Shown: positions 11,684 through 25,454 of the stretch, piece by piece
How positions within the stretch are numbered: the stretch's first letter is position 1
How the letters are laid out: the number at the start of each line of letters is the position of its first letter
NCBI GenBank assembly: GCA_010093815.1
Contig: ML996565.1
Length of the DNA stretch: 64,000 nucleotides
Reading direction: 5' to 3' (one strand)
Origin: Pseudovirgaria hyperparasitica
Taxonomy: Eukaryota
The notes under the pieces: model-generated
Databases searched by the model: none
The model's input: only the letters and a program-made list of their open reading frames with translations
What the model was told of the DNA's origin: nothing
Made by a program: the position numbers and the translations under genes

Positions 11684-13314
11684 ATGTTGTGCGCAAGTAA
11701 GTTTTAGATTGATATCGACAATCAAGTGCTAATCGTTGTCGTAGTATCAGGAGAAGCGCCCCAGGCGCCTGTTGTTTCGAGAAAGAGTGGTATGAACGCG
11801 TCCAATTGCTGTGAACATAGCAAACGAAGCTCATAATCGCATAGGACACCTGTTCGAGAAGCGCTTAATAGAGGCACATATCAAAGAACACCATACGGAC
11901 CCAGTAACCGGCGAGGATCTCGAGACTGATGACCTCTTGGAACTTAAGTCGGCGCGAACACTCAAGCCACGACCACCTACGCTTACCTCGATACCTTCGC
12001 TTCTTTCTGCTTTCCAGAACGAATGGGACGCAATCGCCCTAGAGACGTACAACCTTAGGAAAGAGCTTGCGCAAACCAGACAGGAACTCAGCACGGCCTT
12101 GTATCAACACGATGCTGCCACAAGAGTGATTGCAAGGCTGGTAAAAGAGAGAGATGATGCTAGGGAAGCTCTATCAAACGTGACTGTGAGTGCTGGCGCA
12201 GGTACGAATGGCGACGCTATGCAGGTCGATTCGACGGCAATGTCGGACGAGGTTGCCGAAATTATTACGTCGACACAAGCAGAGTATGTATACTCCAGTG
12301 TAGATACACAGGTTTCGGAGCGTTTGACTAATAATACTAGGCTCTCTGGGACAAGAAAGAAGCGACCAGTACCTCCAGACTGGGCAACCGCTGAGGACGT
12401 TCAGTCGCTGGACTCGACACAAGCAACAGAGCCCTTGTATCCTGGGGGTACCACCCTCGCCCTTGACTCTGCTGGGGAGCTTGCTATTATAGGAGGAAAC
12501 AATGGGGTTGCCGGTATCTACTCAACGACGAAACGAGAAATCGTCGAAACGATCGATGTGGGTGCACCTGTCACGGCAGCTGCTTGGTGGGGATCGCGAC
12601 CCGTGGTAGGTACCTCAACCGGTGCCATCGACGTGTTCGACGGCGGCAAATCTATTGGCAAACTTGGATCGCATGCAGGGAGGGTGACGTCTCTTTCACT
12701 TCATCCTAGTGGGAATATTATGGCTTCAACTGGTGTCGATAAGATTGTCGCTTTCTACGACCTGTCTAGCCTGAAGATCGCATCCCAAATATACACCGAT
12801 TCTGGTAAGTTACAGTATTCCTGGCGGGGGTCTTACTAATGAAACCGCAGAGGTCACGTTCGGCAGCTTTCACCCCGATGGCCATCTCTTTGGTGCAGGT
12901 GGGCGCGATGGACATATTAGACTTTATGATGTCGTATCTGGATCCATGGGCGCCGACTTTGCGGCCGAGGGTCCACTCAAAAGCTTGGCCTTCTCCGAGA
13001 ATGGCTATTGGCTCGCATCGGCATCGCAGGGCCAGAGCAGTGTCGCTATTTGGGATCTCCGAAAGATGAATACTATCAAGGTCCTCGACATTGGTAGTCC
13101 AGTTGAGAGCATGGCGTGGGATTACACAGGAGGCTTTCTCGCCGTCGCTGGCTCTGGTTGTGTTGCTGTACAGCACTATTCCAAGTCGAGCAAAAAATGG
13201 AGCGAACTCGTACGCAAGGCTGTTCCATCCAAAGGGGTAGAATGGGGTTCCAATGCAAAGTCACTAGTTGCACTGACCGCTGACGACCGAATCAATCTCT
13301 TCGCTGCGTCATGA
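11684..13314 (+). CDS. PRP19: Pre-mRNA processing factor 19 (U-box, coiled coil, WD40), 5 exons
   Basis: MLCA|ISGEAPQAPVVSRKSG|HLFEKRLIE..TDPVTGE (U-box), RPPTLTSIPSLL..FQNEWDA, TRQELSTALYQHDAATRVIARL, WD repeats (FHPDG, FSENGYWLA, WDLRK); introns ~11697-11744, 11790-11844, 12284-12340, 12805-12851. Confidence 0.96.
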
Positions 13315-14118
13315 TGGGCAGGTAATCTGTTTGCTATGTATTATTAGGGTCTCTGGTCTTGTAGGCGTCCATGGACTTGGAAGGGTCAAAATTGCGCTGA
13401 GTTTAAATAGCCGCAATACTGCATACAGCCCAGGCTTGCTATCCGTACGATACGGTCGTATCTCACGCTGCTTATGGTGATTTGATGGCAGAAACGTGAA
13501 GAGTGTCGGAAAATGGCAGAAATGCTTGGGCTGCGGAGCCGGACGGATTTGTCAATATGGAGGTCGCAGTGGTTAGAAAAGGAACCCTATTTTCTTGAAG
13601 AGCAGATGAGGTTAGATGTGCCGGACTGAAGTGAGCGAGGCACGTAAACAAGAAAGTCTCTCTGTCTTTCCGTTCACTTTTGTACTCTTCACTACGCAGT
13701 CGCGCAGTATGACTTTTTATATAGAGTACTATGGTGACCACTTGTTAGCGGTTGGCGGTTGCCACTACGCGAGGAAGCCCCGACAACAACTTTCACCCGG
13801 CCCGATACGGTAAGGGTCGGACATGCTGCCGACATCTCCAGGGCTATCACTACAACTTCAACCTTTCCACCTTCCGACAACTTCTCTCATTCTGTTTCAC
13901 CTTACCTCTGCATTTCTGTGCCACTCCCCCATAATCGACAGACTTGAGTGCGTCCCACGACCTCGCAAACAGCATGGACCAACAACGTGCGTTCGAGTGC
14001 CCGCACCACCGGCGTAGTAAGGTCAGCGCCACCTAACCCCGTCCCATTTGCACAGGAAGCCTTGGGAGGAGTATCTTTGATCTGACTGACCTTCTGAGTG
14101 TAGCGTACACACGATCAG

Positions 14119-15288
14119 ATGCACGAGAGTCGTATGTCGTATAGGGTTCACTCGCCTATACCTAGCCCAAGCCGCTCTGTCTCCGCCGGACCCAGCTCGA
14201 CTTCTCGACAACGAACGCCACAACCGCGTATAAGACCTAGGCATCACGGTGATGGAATGGACTTTCGGCGGCCTGCCCTTGGGACTGCTTGGAACCCGGG
14301 ACCGAGCAACCATCAAGATTTGGTAATTGATTTGACGGCCGAGGACGAGGACGAGGTCCGGCCTGAAAATGAGACGAGGGGTTCCATACGTGCGGCCGGG
14401 CCTCCACAATTCCCACATGGACGGGAGATCATAGATCTATCAGCAGACGCTTCCACAGTGGTAGAGTCAGATCCGGACACTGGGCCTAGAAGACCTCCTG
14501 CGGAAAGCCCAGACATAGAATTCCTGTCATCTCGGCCTCGAAGAGGACGGCCCAGTGCCCAATGGCAAGTACGCAGTCGAGAAAATGTATCTACACCGCT
14601 TTTCATGGGACATAACTTTGAAGAGATGTTGGCAGATATGGATGTGGATCCAGATGAAGACTTGGATGAGGATCTGGACCTCCAGTTTCTTCGTGAAGAG
14701 CCACGGCTGCAACCAAGACTCGCCCAAGATCTACCCCAACCACCTCATCGAACAGCAAGAATGACAGCGTTCATAGAGAACATCAGGGGCAACATGAACG
14801 AGATATTGGACATGGGACATGGACGTTTGGGACGCATTGCAGGCTTCCAACTTCCTGGATTACTAGATTTTGATGCCGTCGGATTCCATATAGCCCAACC
14901 AAGAGCACCCACGCCTCCAGCCCCAACCTACGAGGCGCCCTCACCAGCTCCACTAGGCTTCACGAGAAGCCCGGAAGAAGACGAAATTCTGATTTGTCCA
15001 AATTGCCAGGATGAGTTGTGCACGGGGAACGATGACACAAAACGTCAAGTGTGGATTATCAGGGCGTGTGGACATGTGAGTATTGAACCCTCAATTATGG
15101 TATTCACGATCAGCTATTGACACACAGTTAAGATCTATTGCGGAGAGTGCACGCAGAACCGGTCTATGAGTAAGCGCAAAGGCAAGAGTAAGGCGCTGTT
15201 CGAGGCTGCGCCGTTCTCAGCATGTGTAGTTGACGATTGTATGTCGAACGTCAAGCCGCCCAAGTCGATGATTCAAATTTTCCTTTGA
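14119..15288 (+). CDS. SIM-containing RING-finger protein, Slx5/Rfp1-like SUMO-targeted ubiquitin ligase subunit (5' end uncertain)
   Basis: SUMO-interaction-like motifs VIDLT, IIDLS, DIEFL flanked by acidic residues; C-terminal CPNC..CGH|IYCGEC..CVVDDC across intron ~15076-15132; ends MIQIFL*. Confidence 0.72.
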
Positions 15289-16225
15289 TGATACCACGTT
15301 TACCTCTCAGGTTTGCGGTGTCGGAGTCCCCCCTGGCTTGCATTGTTGATACCCCAACCCCTATCGGTCTGTATGGAGTTTGTCATCGTAATTCGGCCCT
15401 TTGAAGCCACTCAAAATAGCATTTGCGTTTCTCAAGCATAGGACTGAACTGATTCGGGCCTTGCATCATCTCACTTTCCCATCATTGCCTGTCCTTTTCG
15501 TCCCTATCCATCTCAAGCACCTTTTTGATCTTTGCATGTACATCTTTCATCATATCAGCGATCCTGTAGATATCTCAGACTCACGATTGTATGCAGCCTT
15601 TCAACAAACATAAAGTGCGGCCGTGTCTCATGACTTTTATATTTACAATACATAGAGGAGTATTCTGGGGACTGCGATCGGGGCTCTAGCGATTTTTTTT
15701 CTTTCTCTTTTTGCATCTTCATGGTACCTACATGTCATCGTCATGAATTCACTTAGTTCGTAATGCATGCATGCTGGCTCTATTTCTGCGTTTGCTCGTT
15801 CATGATGCAACTCTTTTCGGCGTTATCAAAAGTTTTTATCATTGGAGGGCGATGCTCCTTTTCCCAGTCAGCAACTATCGATTCGGGTATATATGATCAT
15901 CGTTTCATTACGTTTCGGGACGTTCTAGTCGTCGCCTGTGTGATCTAATTCTTCTACTCGAGGTCTAATTCTTTCCTGGCTATTTTCTCGTTCCTAGTCC
16001 CTCGTGGTACCTCACTGCTTAATTATGTACTCCTTTCTCGCATTATCTCTTTACGTTCGGGTGTCCAGCCACGAATATGTACATTGGTGGTATTTATGGG
16101 CGGTAGGAAGATGGTCGAGATATGTGTTGTGTGGTGTATCGGGTGCGCGTATGAGTGATAAATGCTGACTGGCTCATAGCATGGATGCACCCTCCTCCTT
16201 CTCCTCCTCATCCCCTTCATTATTC

Positions 16226-16821
16226 TCACCACAAAACCAACCCCATCCCAACGCCTACCATCCCAAGCACGAAACTCCCCAGCCCCCAAGCAGAGTCAGC
16301 ACCTCTCCCAACCCCACCAACCTGAACTCCACTCCCAGCTTTGATATCGTCACTCCCCCCGGTCGCCTGCGCCGGGTGCATTGTTCCCATACCAACCGCT
16401 CCAGACCCCGGTAAGGCACCTTGGTCAGGTACATCCGCAAATGTCTGCGTGTAAATTATCTCAACCCAAGTTGTTACGCCATTGGTCAGCACAGTCTGGA
16501 CCCATTGAGTGGTGATTGACGGGTATTGGGCTATCGCGCCGGCGGTGGGCTGGACTTCGGCGGGGGCGTTGACGACACCGCCTCGGGGTCTGCAGAGCGA
16601 AATTAGTCTGGTGGGTTGCCAACGGCTTGTAAGGGGAGAGGGGCGTACGAGAGTGCATCTCCTGGAAAGCTGGTGACGTGAGCAGCGGCCGGAGGCTCCG
16701 GCTGGTGTGCTGGGCGCGCGACGGCGATGTGACGGGCGTCAATGTGGTGGTTGAAGACGGGATGTAGAGCGGCGGTGGCAAGGGTGGGAAGTAGTAGTGT
16801 TGTGAGTTTCGATAGACGCAT
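16226..16821 (-). CDS. Small secreted GPI-type protein with Kre1-like motif (one probable intron near 16590-16680)
   Basis: Signal peptide MRLSKLTTLLLPTLATA; motif TTQWVQTVLTNGVTTWVEIIYTQTFADVPDQGALPGSGAVGMGT resembling the Kre1 beta-1,6-glucan family; hydrophobic C-terminus; acceptor CTAAT..TGCAG near 16590. Confidence 0.68.
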
Positions 16822-18216
16822 GATTTCGTATGTGGGTTGTCTCTTTCTAATTGAAGAAGAGCGAAACACTCTGGAGGTATGCGTGCCCGTGTGCGATATC
16901 GAGTATCTACACACGGCCGAGTCGGCTAAAGTTGACTCGATGGAAACGCCGCGTGTGTGCGCGAGGAACGTATGTGAATCGAAATAGGTCTCGATAGACT
17001 GGACGAGTAAGTTCTTTCAGCGGTATGTATTCAGTCGGATAGCGGCGTCGTATGTACAGATTGATGCCTCGTATGCTCGTAAGGTAGAGTTGCGATAATC
17101 CTGTTGTCTCACAGAACGGCGATAAGTTGAATGCTGGCTCTAGGGTTGTAAGGAGTGACTAGGAACTGTGAGATTGTTGTTGCTGCAGCTACTTGCTGCA
17201 GATTAAAGCTTCCGAAAGGGTATGACGCAAGCGGCGATCGGAGTGATTTCGATCGAGGACTGGGGTGCTGGAAAGAGCGATGGTGTGGTTGACAGGAAAA
17301 TGAACGAATGTGAAGAAGTATGAGCGGAGCGAGTGAAGGGCAAGCTGTTGACGTAAAGAAGTCAAAAAGGAGGCTATTCTCTTGTGTCGACGGTGCCTTG
17401 CATGGCCGATTCATCGTAATGGGGCCTATCCATGTCTGCAGGGTTTTCATGCACCTGATTGGCTTGTGGCGGTACATCCCCTGCAACAGACGCGCAACAG
17501 CTACCCAACGGTACACTATTCTAAACGCTACTCCCTCTCTGAAAGTCGGGTGTACAAGAGGTAAATAGAATAAATGAGAGACACTTAAGCCAAGCTACCC
17601 TGAACAGCTGCAGACATGATTTTTTTTCCTTTCTTTCTCCCAATTTTGAGACAAAAAAACGCGTTTGTGATGGAGAGATTATTATGCATTGGTAGCTAAG
17701 CAAGGGTGGGATGAATGGAAAATGCATAATACCCATACTAGGAAGGTATCAGCCTCTAGCGTCATGTTTATTTGTCTAATCTCGGTAGTGGCGTTCCGGC
17801 AATCCGGTGTCCGGGAGCTGTCGTGATCGGGTTTTGACTGGTCACGTGGCTGTAATCTAAATTACCTGTCACTACGCCTTCTTCTTCAGGCGCCTTGTGG
17901 CTTGTCTGTCCGCCACGGGGGGCTGGTGCTCTATTTTGACTTCATTATGTTCAGCATTTGTTGATCATGTTGAAGTGCCATCATCTATAGGCACGTGAAA
18001 TGTGTCGACCCTATCTTTGAGTGATTGCCGTCAGTCTTGTGGACTGAAGGCCAGTTAGCCTGCAAAGGTATACATATATACTATATGTATAACCTGCGCA
18101 TGTTCCCTCCCCGTCATCACTAATTGTACAAAGATCTCCTGCTATGATGCATCGACTACAGCCTCGCCAGCATCGTGTTTGGTCCTCTTCTTTTCCCACT
18201 TTTCATACCATCTCTC

Positions 18217-21200
18217 TCATGTCTTCGCGTTGTTATCCGCATGACCATATCGTACATCCCCACGGCCACGCAGTAGTCCCTTTTTGCCGACGGACGCTTT
18301 GCTCAGATCGTCCGCAGTCCTCTCCACACCGTCTTCCACAATCTTGAGTTCCACATCTCTGACCCATCTGTCATCTTTTGGTCCATAATCCTGCACATCG
18401 CCACCTAGGATACTCCACCACTCCTCTTGTAACACCCAGCAACTTGATTCTGGCATCTTCTTGATTACGCCGTTGGTTTCGAGCCATGCAAGCGCTACCT
18501 CTACTTCCGTCACGTCCAAATACCCATTCAGAATGCTGACAATATGTGATGATCGGATTGACGCACGCGTCGCGAGGATGTTCAATACGCAAGCCGTAAA
18601 ACGTGCCCACCAGTGCGGAATCATCTGGTCGTTGAGTGTGCGCCAGAGGGGGATGTGCTCTTTCTGCTGCAAGCGAGGGGACCGCTTCTGGAGATAATCT
18701 GCCCGAGCAACGCTCATGCAGTCTTTGGTCGACGGCGGCACAGGGACCTGCTTGATTCCCGTTTTGTATTGGTCTGTTGGTGTAACACTGAGTGGCCAAT
18801 GGAACGCTTCACGTGGGAGCTTGCGTGTGCTGTAATGCCCTTGTGCAAATCCCCATCTGCTGATGAAGATCCCTGGTCCTCGGTCGAATGGCATCTCATT
18901 TGAGAATCGAGGCAGTTCAGGCGAGATCCTAATGCGGTGGGAGGCAAGGAGATTGAGGTTGACGATCGCCACGTGTGTCTTCATCATTTGGCTGATAGGG
19001 AATGCTCGAGGTGCGACTGATCGTTCGCTAATCATGACAATATCGCCGTCTTGATCCTCTGCTGCTTCCTCGACAGTAGTATCTCCTAATCCAGTGAATG
19101 CTTCATCTAGTTCTAGCTTGTACCTGACTGCCGCAGTCAAAGCACCAGGTGCAACATCAGCGCGTAGAGCCTTCTCAAACTGGTTCGTGAAATGATAATT
19201 GCGCCCTGGAACCATAGTTCTACCCTTCGTGCGATGCGCAAATACCTTCTCACGAATCAGTGCGTTGACACTCATCTGTGCTAGAGCATCGCCAAGCTCC
19301 GATAGCTTGGTCATTGCACCGTATTTGTCGTACATTGCCATCGGTGTTGTTGTGTTTGCTCGAAGCCATGACTTGCCCAGTGCAACGTCTGCCTCATGTC
19401 GAACATGCTTCTCATTGATCTTGAGTTGTGTGGTTTCCAACAAAGCCGAGAATGGTAACGAGTGCACCGCCGCACGGCGATTACCCATCATCTCATCTGC
19501 CTTGAAGAACCTAGCTTTCTGCCGTGACAGATACTCTGCTGGAAGTTCTTCGACCTGGTACATCTCAATGAAGGCGTCCCGACTCTGTGGTAGATCCGGT
19601 GCGTTTTCCTGGACATGTAGATTATTCATGGCCCAATCTAGAATGAAATCCCAGTCGTAATGTTCAAGATCCTGGAAGTCCAGTTCAGGCACCTCACCCC
19701 TTTCGTACGCCGGAATGAAAGCTTCTCTAAAGTTGTCTTGCAGCTTTTGAAACAGGTCGCTGTAGTGATGGTCCATCCACAATAGTCGATTTTTGAGCAC
19801 CATGAGATCCAGATTCTCATGGAACCTGAACATATAATAAATGAGGTGCCATGGAACGGCCGCTCGGGTACCTCCTGCAATGACCTTCACCACGACTGCC
19901 GCATACAATAGCTTCTTCATATCCCTGGCATTCACGACAAATTGACTGTTCCTGGGGCCGAACTTCTTGCGTTTCTTCAACTCAGGAGCACGTTTTTTCC
20001 GTGCTTTAGCTGCTGGTGGCGCCTTTTCTTTCGTAAGGGCTTCTACTAAATTCGTGATATGCCTCTTGCGGCGCTTATATCTGCTTCTCTCGCGCTTCCT
20101 GGGCGGAGGCTTTGGTGGATACATTGCTGCGCTCAGCGCTTTCATCTCATTACTGAAGGCTTTCCACTCTGGACTCAAGTACTCGTCTGGAGGTTTGTCC
20201 GGGAAGACACACGTAAAGCTATCGTTGTGGTTCCAGTGCACGTTGCCATCCGTGTTGAGCTGTGGCGGACTGCCATCATTGCTCGGCCCTCCCCATTTGG
20301 GCTCTGTGTACGGTGCAAGCACTTGTGTGCCCGTAGGGATTGTATGGTTTATGAATCGAGGAGTTCGTAGGCGTGGAGTCAAAGGATTGTGTAGTAAGTC
20401 GTCTTCATCAGTGTAGAAAACATACTTGCTCGTGCGTACATCTCTGCACTCTCTGTTGCAGACACCATCAATTATTCTATTGAACCTTGCACGACTCGTT
20501 TCCTGCTCTTGTCCATGGTTTTTCTGTTGGTAGGTTTTTGACAACTGGATGTCTGACAGTTCTTGAGGCATACCAGCCTCCCAGAAAGCGTGCTCGGTTT
20601 CGTCCTTCAGGAATCGCATATCGTATGCGTATCGCCATGGTTCGTATGACGTGCCATACGTACCAGTCGACTCGTGACGCGAGATTTTCGGTAGAAGTAA
20701 GGACTTTGACAGGTCTGCTTGAGGCACATAACTGGCGAAATCAAACCCGCGGCTCCTATACACGAGTGGTAGAACAGTGCGCTCCACGGGGAGATCCCCC
20801 ACCCGAGTTTGAATATACTCCAAGCCTGCATCCTGAACCAGCGCTTGGCGGCTGGGATCGCCATCGAGCGAGCTATCATCATCTGATACCTCGTCCACGT
20901 CTCTTCGAAGCCTCTCAAATTCAGCTCGACTGTCTGGCATCCATATATGATCAACGTCTTCTGTTTGCAGAGTGATGCCCTGGTAGGTAAGCATCTGAGG
21001 CATCACAACATTGTGTGTTGGGCGCATGCGCGTATCCACTCCGTCCACATCGCTTCTGTGCCTACCGTCTATTGCTTTCACCTTCGAGGTCGATTTCGAA
21101 TTTCGATGACGTTTTCGTGCCTCTTTGGCCTGCTGCTTTTCTTCTTTCTTTCGGGCCTTTCTTTGAGCTGTCTCTTCCTTGCGCTTCTGGGTCTTCTCAA

Positions 21201-24200
21201 AAAGCTTCTCTTCGCGCAAAAGATCTTTCTTGAAAGGATGCTTTATTTCGACTGCAACGTCTTGATTAATAGGCAATACCTCTCTATAGTGTCCACGTGA
21301 GCCTCCTACAATTTTGCTAGGAGGTATGAGATGATGGATAGCAGGAGGAAAGTAGGTTTCAGGATACCGCTCGATGATCCTCATCTGCAGTTGACGGATC
21401 TCTGGCGAATTTGGTCGAAAATGTGGAAGAGCTACAATCCCGCGTTGTGCAGTGATCCCATTCTTTGTAAACGAAAACACCATCTTAACCAACTGTGAAT
21501 TGTGGACCAAGTCTTTAACGGCACGACCAATTGTCTTATGATCAGGCACCTTGGATATTTCGCTGGCCTTCTTCGCGAGCCTCTGTCGCCATAGTGTCTT
21601 GTAGGCAGTATTTAGAGCGCCGTGGCCAGGAAACAGACCGCCCGCTAGCTTTATGATCTCCATAACAAGCTGTGCCCGTGACACAAGAATGTTGCCCTCG
21701 CCGAGCCGGACCCCACGTTTCCGGTCTCTTCGATCTGTTGTCTGAGAAGCGTACTTCTTTCTGTTGCGATTGGGTTTAGACGACTCATCGTGGGTCGTCT
21801 GACGATCTGTAGATGGAGGGTGTGTTGCAGAGGCCTGCAGCAACTGTGTTGCCTCACCTTGTGTAGCTGCCATACTGTAAGGGCTCACGTAAGTCTTCGG
21901 CCGCTCGTGAATCTGCTCGATAGTAGAGATTGGGTTCGCTGTTTCCTCCACAAGTGTCTGCGAAGAAGTCTGCAACGCCAATGATGTAAAATTCGAAGCT
22001 GAGCCAACATTGGCAACGATCTGTTGTTGCTTGGTCTTTGCGGCCGCTGTCGAGTTTCCCGTTGACTCGCATGATTCTGTGCAGTCAACACCAATCAGTC
22101 TAAGGATGTCCGCAGGCAAGTCGTGCTGGGTGTGCTGATGCTTGGCCTTTGACGATGCATCACCAGTACTCGTGAACCACTCAAAGTCCGCAAGCTTAGA
22201 GAATTTGAAAACCAGAATGAGACCTTTACTAGGGCGGCCTTGCTTTGAGTATGTTCTCTCGGAACCAGGTGGGTTGATATACAGTCCTGGTCCTTCTTTG
22301 CGTAGAAGTTTGCGAAACATCGACTCCACCTGACCTTCAGTCACCAGCTTCTTGTAAATTTCTGCTTCAATTTCCTCGAATGTCATTTGGCTCCTCGATA
22401 TAACATCATTTGACTGTATCTCGTGGGACACGTCCGCGGCGTTCGCTGTGACATGTTGATCCAGACCTACAATCTGTGCTGGACAACCTTGAGCCTGGGT
22501 AGGTAAATCTGCATCCACGTCATACACTGCTTGAGGCTTTTCATTTTCCCCGATTTTTCTTCGTTTCGTAACCGGATTGATTACTGGATTTGCGGCACCA
22601 GGTGCTGAGTCTTCAGCTGCGACTTCAGCTACGACTTCATTGTCGAGCTTTCGCTTTCGTCCGCCGCGTGATTTACCGTTGATTTTGGGAGCCTTTTTAT
22701 TTTCGGACGGCTGGTGACTCGCTGGTTTGCTTCTTTCATTTGGCAATTGAGGGAGTTCGGGTATGATGTCCGGATGTGCTCTGTATCTTTGCAAAGTACG
22801 ATGTCGAACCAGGTTGCGCGCTTGCTCTCTGACAACCTCTAGGTAGTCCCTCAGTTGTTTCTCCTCTTTTAATTCCCGCCGAGACTTCTCAGCCTTAGGA
22901 GGCCGCCCGATTCGTGGACCACCGCATTGCATGCGTTGGCCAATCTTGCTGCCATCGAAGCGAAACTTCGCTTTTAGATTGATTATCGACGTCCCTTCCG
23001 CGAGACTAGCAACACCAGTTTTGGAAATGAAGCCTTCTTCAAATTGTTGTGGGAAGCCCCATGCATCAAGCGTTGTGTTTCTCTTGGGTTTTTTGACCTT
23101 TTTTGCTTTAATGTCGGAGGCCCTGGTGACAGCATCCCAGTTCACTAGACCTTCGTCTACCAAGGAGGCGTAGTGGCCATATGACCGATAGAGAAAATGT
23201 GCACCTCTCTGATCTATACTCTGTTCCGTGTCCCGGATAATGGCGAGGTGCTGAAGATGAGGAGGCTGATTAATTTGCCAATCGTTAGTGAGATTACTCA
23301 GCACGCTCTCCATGGGCCTTTTCCAGAATTGCCCGAATATCAAAGCTCTCGTCATCTGTTAGGTCTCCGTCAGTATGAAGCCATGATCATAGCCGATTCA
23401 GTAACTTACAATAGCTGTTAAGCCCAACGATCCGCCAGACTCTATGCCTCTGAATAACTGATTGGCAATTGAGAAATTTGGAGACCAAGTTGCTACTCTT
23501 TCAACTTCAAAGACATCTTCTTCAATGAGCTCATCGCCTTCCTCGTCACCGGCATAGAATTCTTTTTCAAGTTGCGTATCAACATCCTCATCGTTTTCGT
23601 CCTCGTTATCCTCTTCGTCAGCGCCGTCGCCTTCGTCTTGGAACCGTGTTGTACGAGTCGGCTTGCTGACGAAGGTACTGAATGCTTCACGATCTGCTTG
23701 AGTTGGATCTCTGAGCATTCTCAAGGACCTGTGGTATCTTTTCGGAAATCTGGTGTCTTTTGCGCGTAATCTGTCAGCGAGGCCAATGGCGCATAGTCGT
23801 TTCAGTGCACGAGATACAACTTTGCGTTTCCATCTTTGCACATTGCCATAGGCGTCCTAAGAGAGTTAGATCTATGCCGATTCTGCCGTATGAACTAGGG
23901 GACTTACTAAATCACGGTACAAGTCTGACAGGGCGATAACTTTGCCATGTTGACGAACCTCATGCATTATAAAATCGAGGAATTTGAGGTAGTCAAGACT
24001 TCCATTCTCCATAAAGGGTCGCTTGGGATCATCGTGAGGGGTATCATCATCACTCTTGGTTTTGACGAGACATTTCAAGGTCAGTAGACTGGTTCGTGCT
24101 TTGCGGTCGCTAGAGAGCACGCCTCGTTTCTCGATGTAGCCCTTTGCGTGAAGTTGATCAGTTCGTTTTGGCACAGATCGCTTATCTTGTCCGCTTTCAA

Positions 24201-25004
24201 TGACTAGCACTGGTTGCAATATACCATCCGAACCGGCGAAGCCAATTCGGGACAGCAGCTGGAACTCATAGAGCGGAACTCGCCTCAAGTCTTTCTCATG
24301 TCCTGTAAGAGCCTTCCATATCCTCTCTTCACTAACATGAATTCTGGGAGCGCCTGGACTCGATGTCTTGTTTGGGGATTCAAAAGTGACCGACTTTGCT
24401 TTACTGGTTTTTTTCGTCTTGCGTCCGGTGTCAGAAGGCTGTGCAGTTGTCTTCGCCATCGACTCGCGTGCTTCGAGCTCTTCAACTGCTCTTAGGCTAA
24501 GAGACGTAGGAATGTCACCCTCACCAATAAAGACCCCAGGTTGAGCAATGAGCCAGTTCCATACATGTTCCTGTAGATGGCGGTCGACTTGAGTCTTCGG
24601 ATGCGTCGTCGACACAATATCGAGCTCATCGGAAACTGGATTCTCCTTCGATCTGTAGAAATCATCGATGAACCGTTTCACGTCGGTTGTGTTTGCTCCT
24701 ATCCAGGAGTCAGCTCACCTCGTAGCCGCACGACTTTTCAAGGACATGCTCAAATCATGCAAGCAGTCACAGCAGTGGAGATTGCTGGCAAGATCGAGCT
24801 CTGATACAATAGCAACGAAGCGAAGTTTCTTCGACTTGGCTTGCTGCCAAAGTAGAGCTGCGGAGTGATGGTAGACAATTAAATGCGATGTAGGCCACGA
24901 ATGACTCTGTGACGGTTTGCAGAAGCTAACTTACCATCTGTACCACAATATGTAACTTGATCTAAAAGATACTCAAGTAGCTTGTCAAACCCTTGCGCCG
25001 CCAT
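18217..25004 (-). CDS. TFC3: RNA polymerase III transcription factor TFIIIC large B-block-binding subunit (Tfc3/Sfc3, tau138), 4 exons
   Basis: First exon MAAQGFDKLLEYLLDQVTYCGTDG then GTAAGT; B-block domain IWKALTGH..EFQLLSRIG..GILQ..SGQDKRSVPKRTDQLHAKGYIEKR; 1712-aa terminal exon ending in PLW..W..EWW, as in the Sfc3 C-terminus; introns ~24934-24699, ~23900-23857, ~23406-23359. Confidence 0.88.
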
Positions 25005-25454
25005 TTTCTCTACTTCTTCCGCCGCAGTGACCGACGCGAAGCTTAGAACTTACGACCATGCCCGTTTTTAGACAACGAGGGCAAGTAATGGCCTTCGGAT
25101 CGGATTAATCTGCACCAACGATTCACAGCGTAATAAAGTAAGATGAAGAAATGACAAGGCTGATGCGAGAGAGAAAAGGAAATGCAGGACTTGGGAATCG
25201 AACTGGCGTCGGGTTTTGCGACGAAGAGTCAGCTCAGCAAGCGAGTGTGGGTGGGTCCTATGAAAATGTGCAGCCAAACGTTAGCTCGTGCGTCGCTGCA
25301 CGTGATTCCGACACAGAGAGACACGTGACTTATTACGACGATTAAGGAGAAAGGCCAATTAAAAGAAGAAAGCCCATTCACAGAACAGTAAGGTATTCTG
25401 CCCTCATAGATATGAAATACGACTCTGGATTGTATAGACTCATCAGGCCATGAC

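Noticed and set aside
13974..14103. Upstream ATG and intron as first exon of the SIM-RING gene
   Set aside because: The donor/acceptor pairs I tried do not join in frame with the main ORF, so the start is left at 14119.
24699..24934. Unusually long first intron of TFC3 as a possible snoRNA host
   Set aside because: No convincing C/D (RTGATGA..CTGA with terminal stem) or H/ACA architecture visible by eye.
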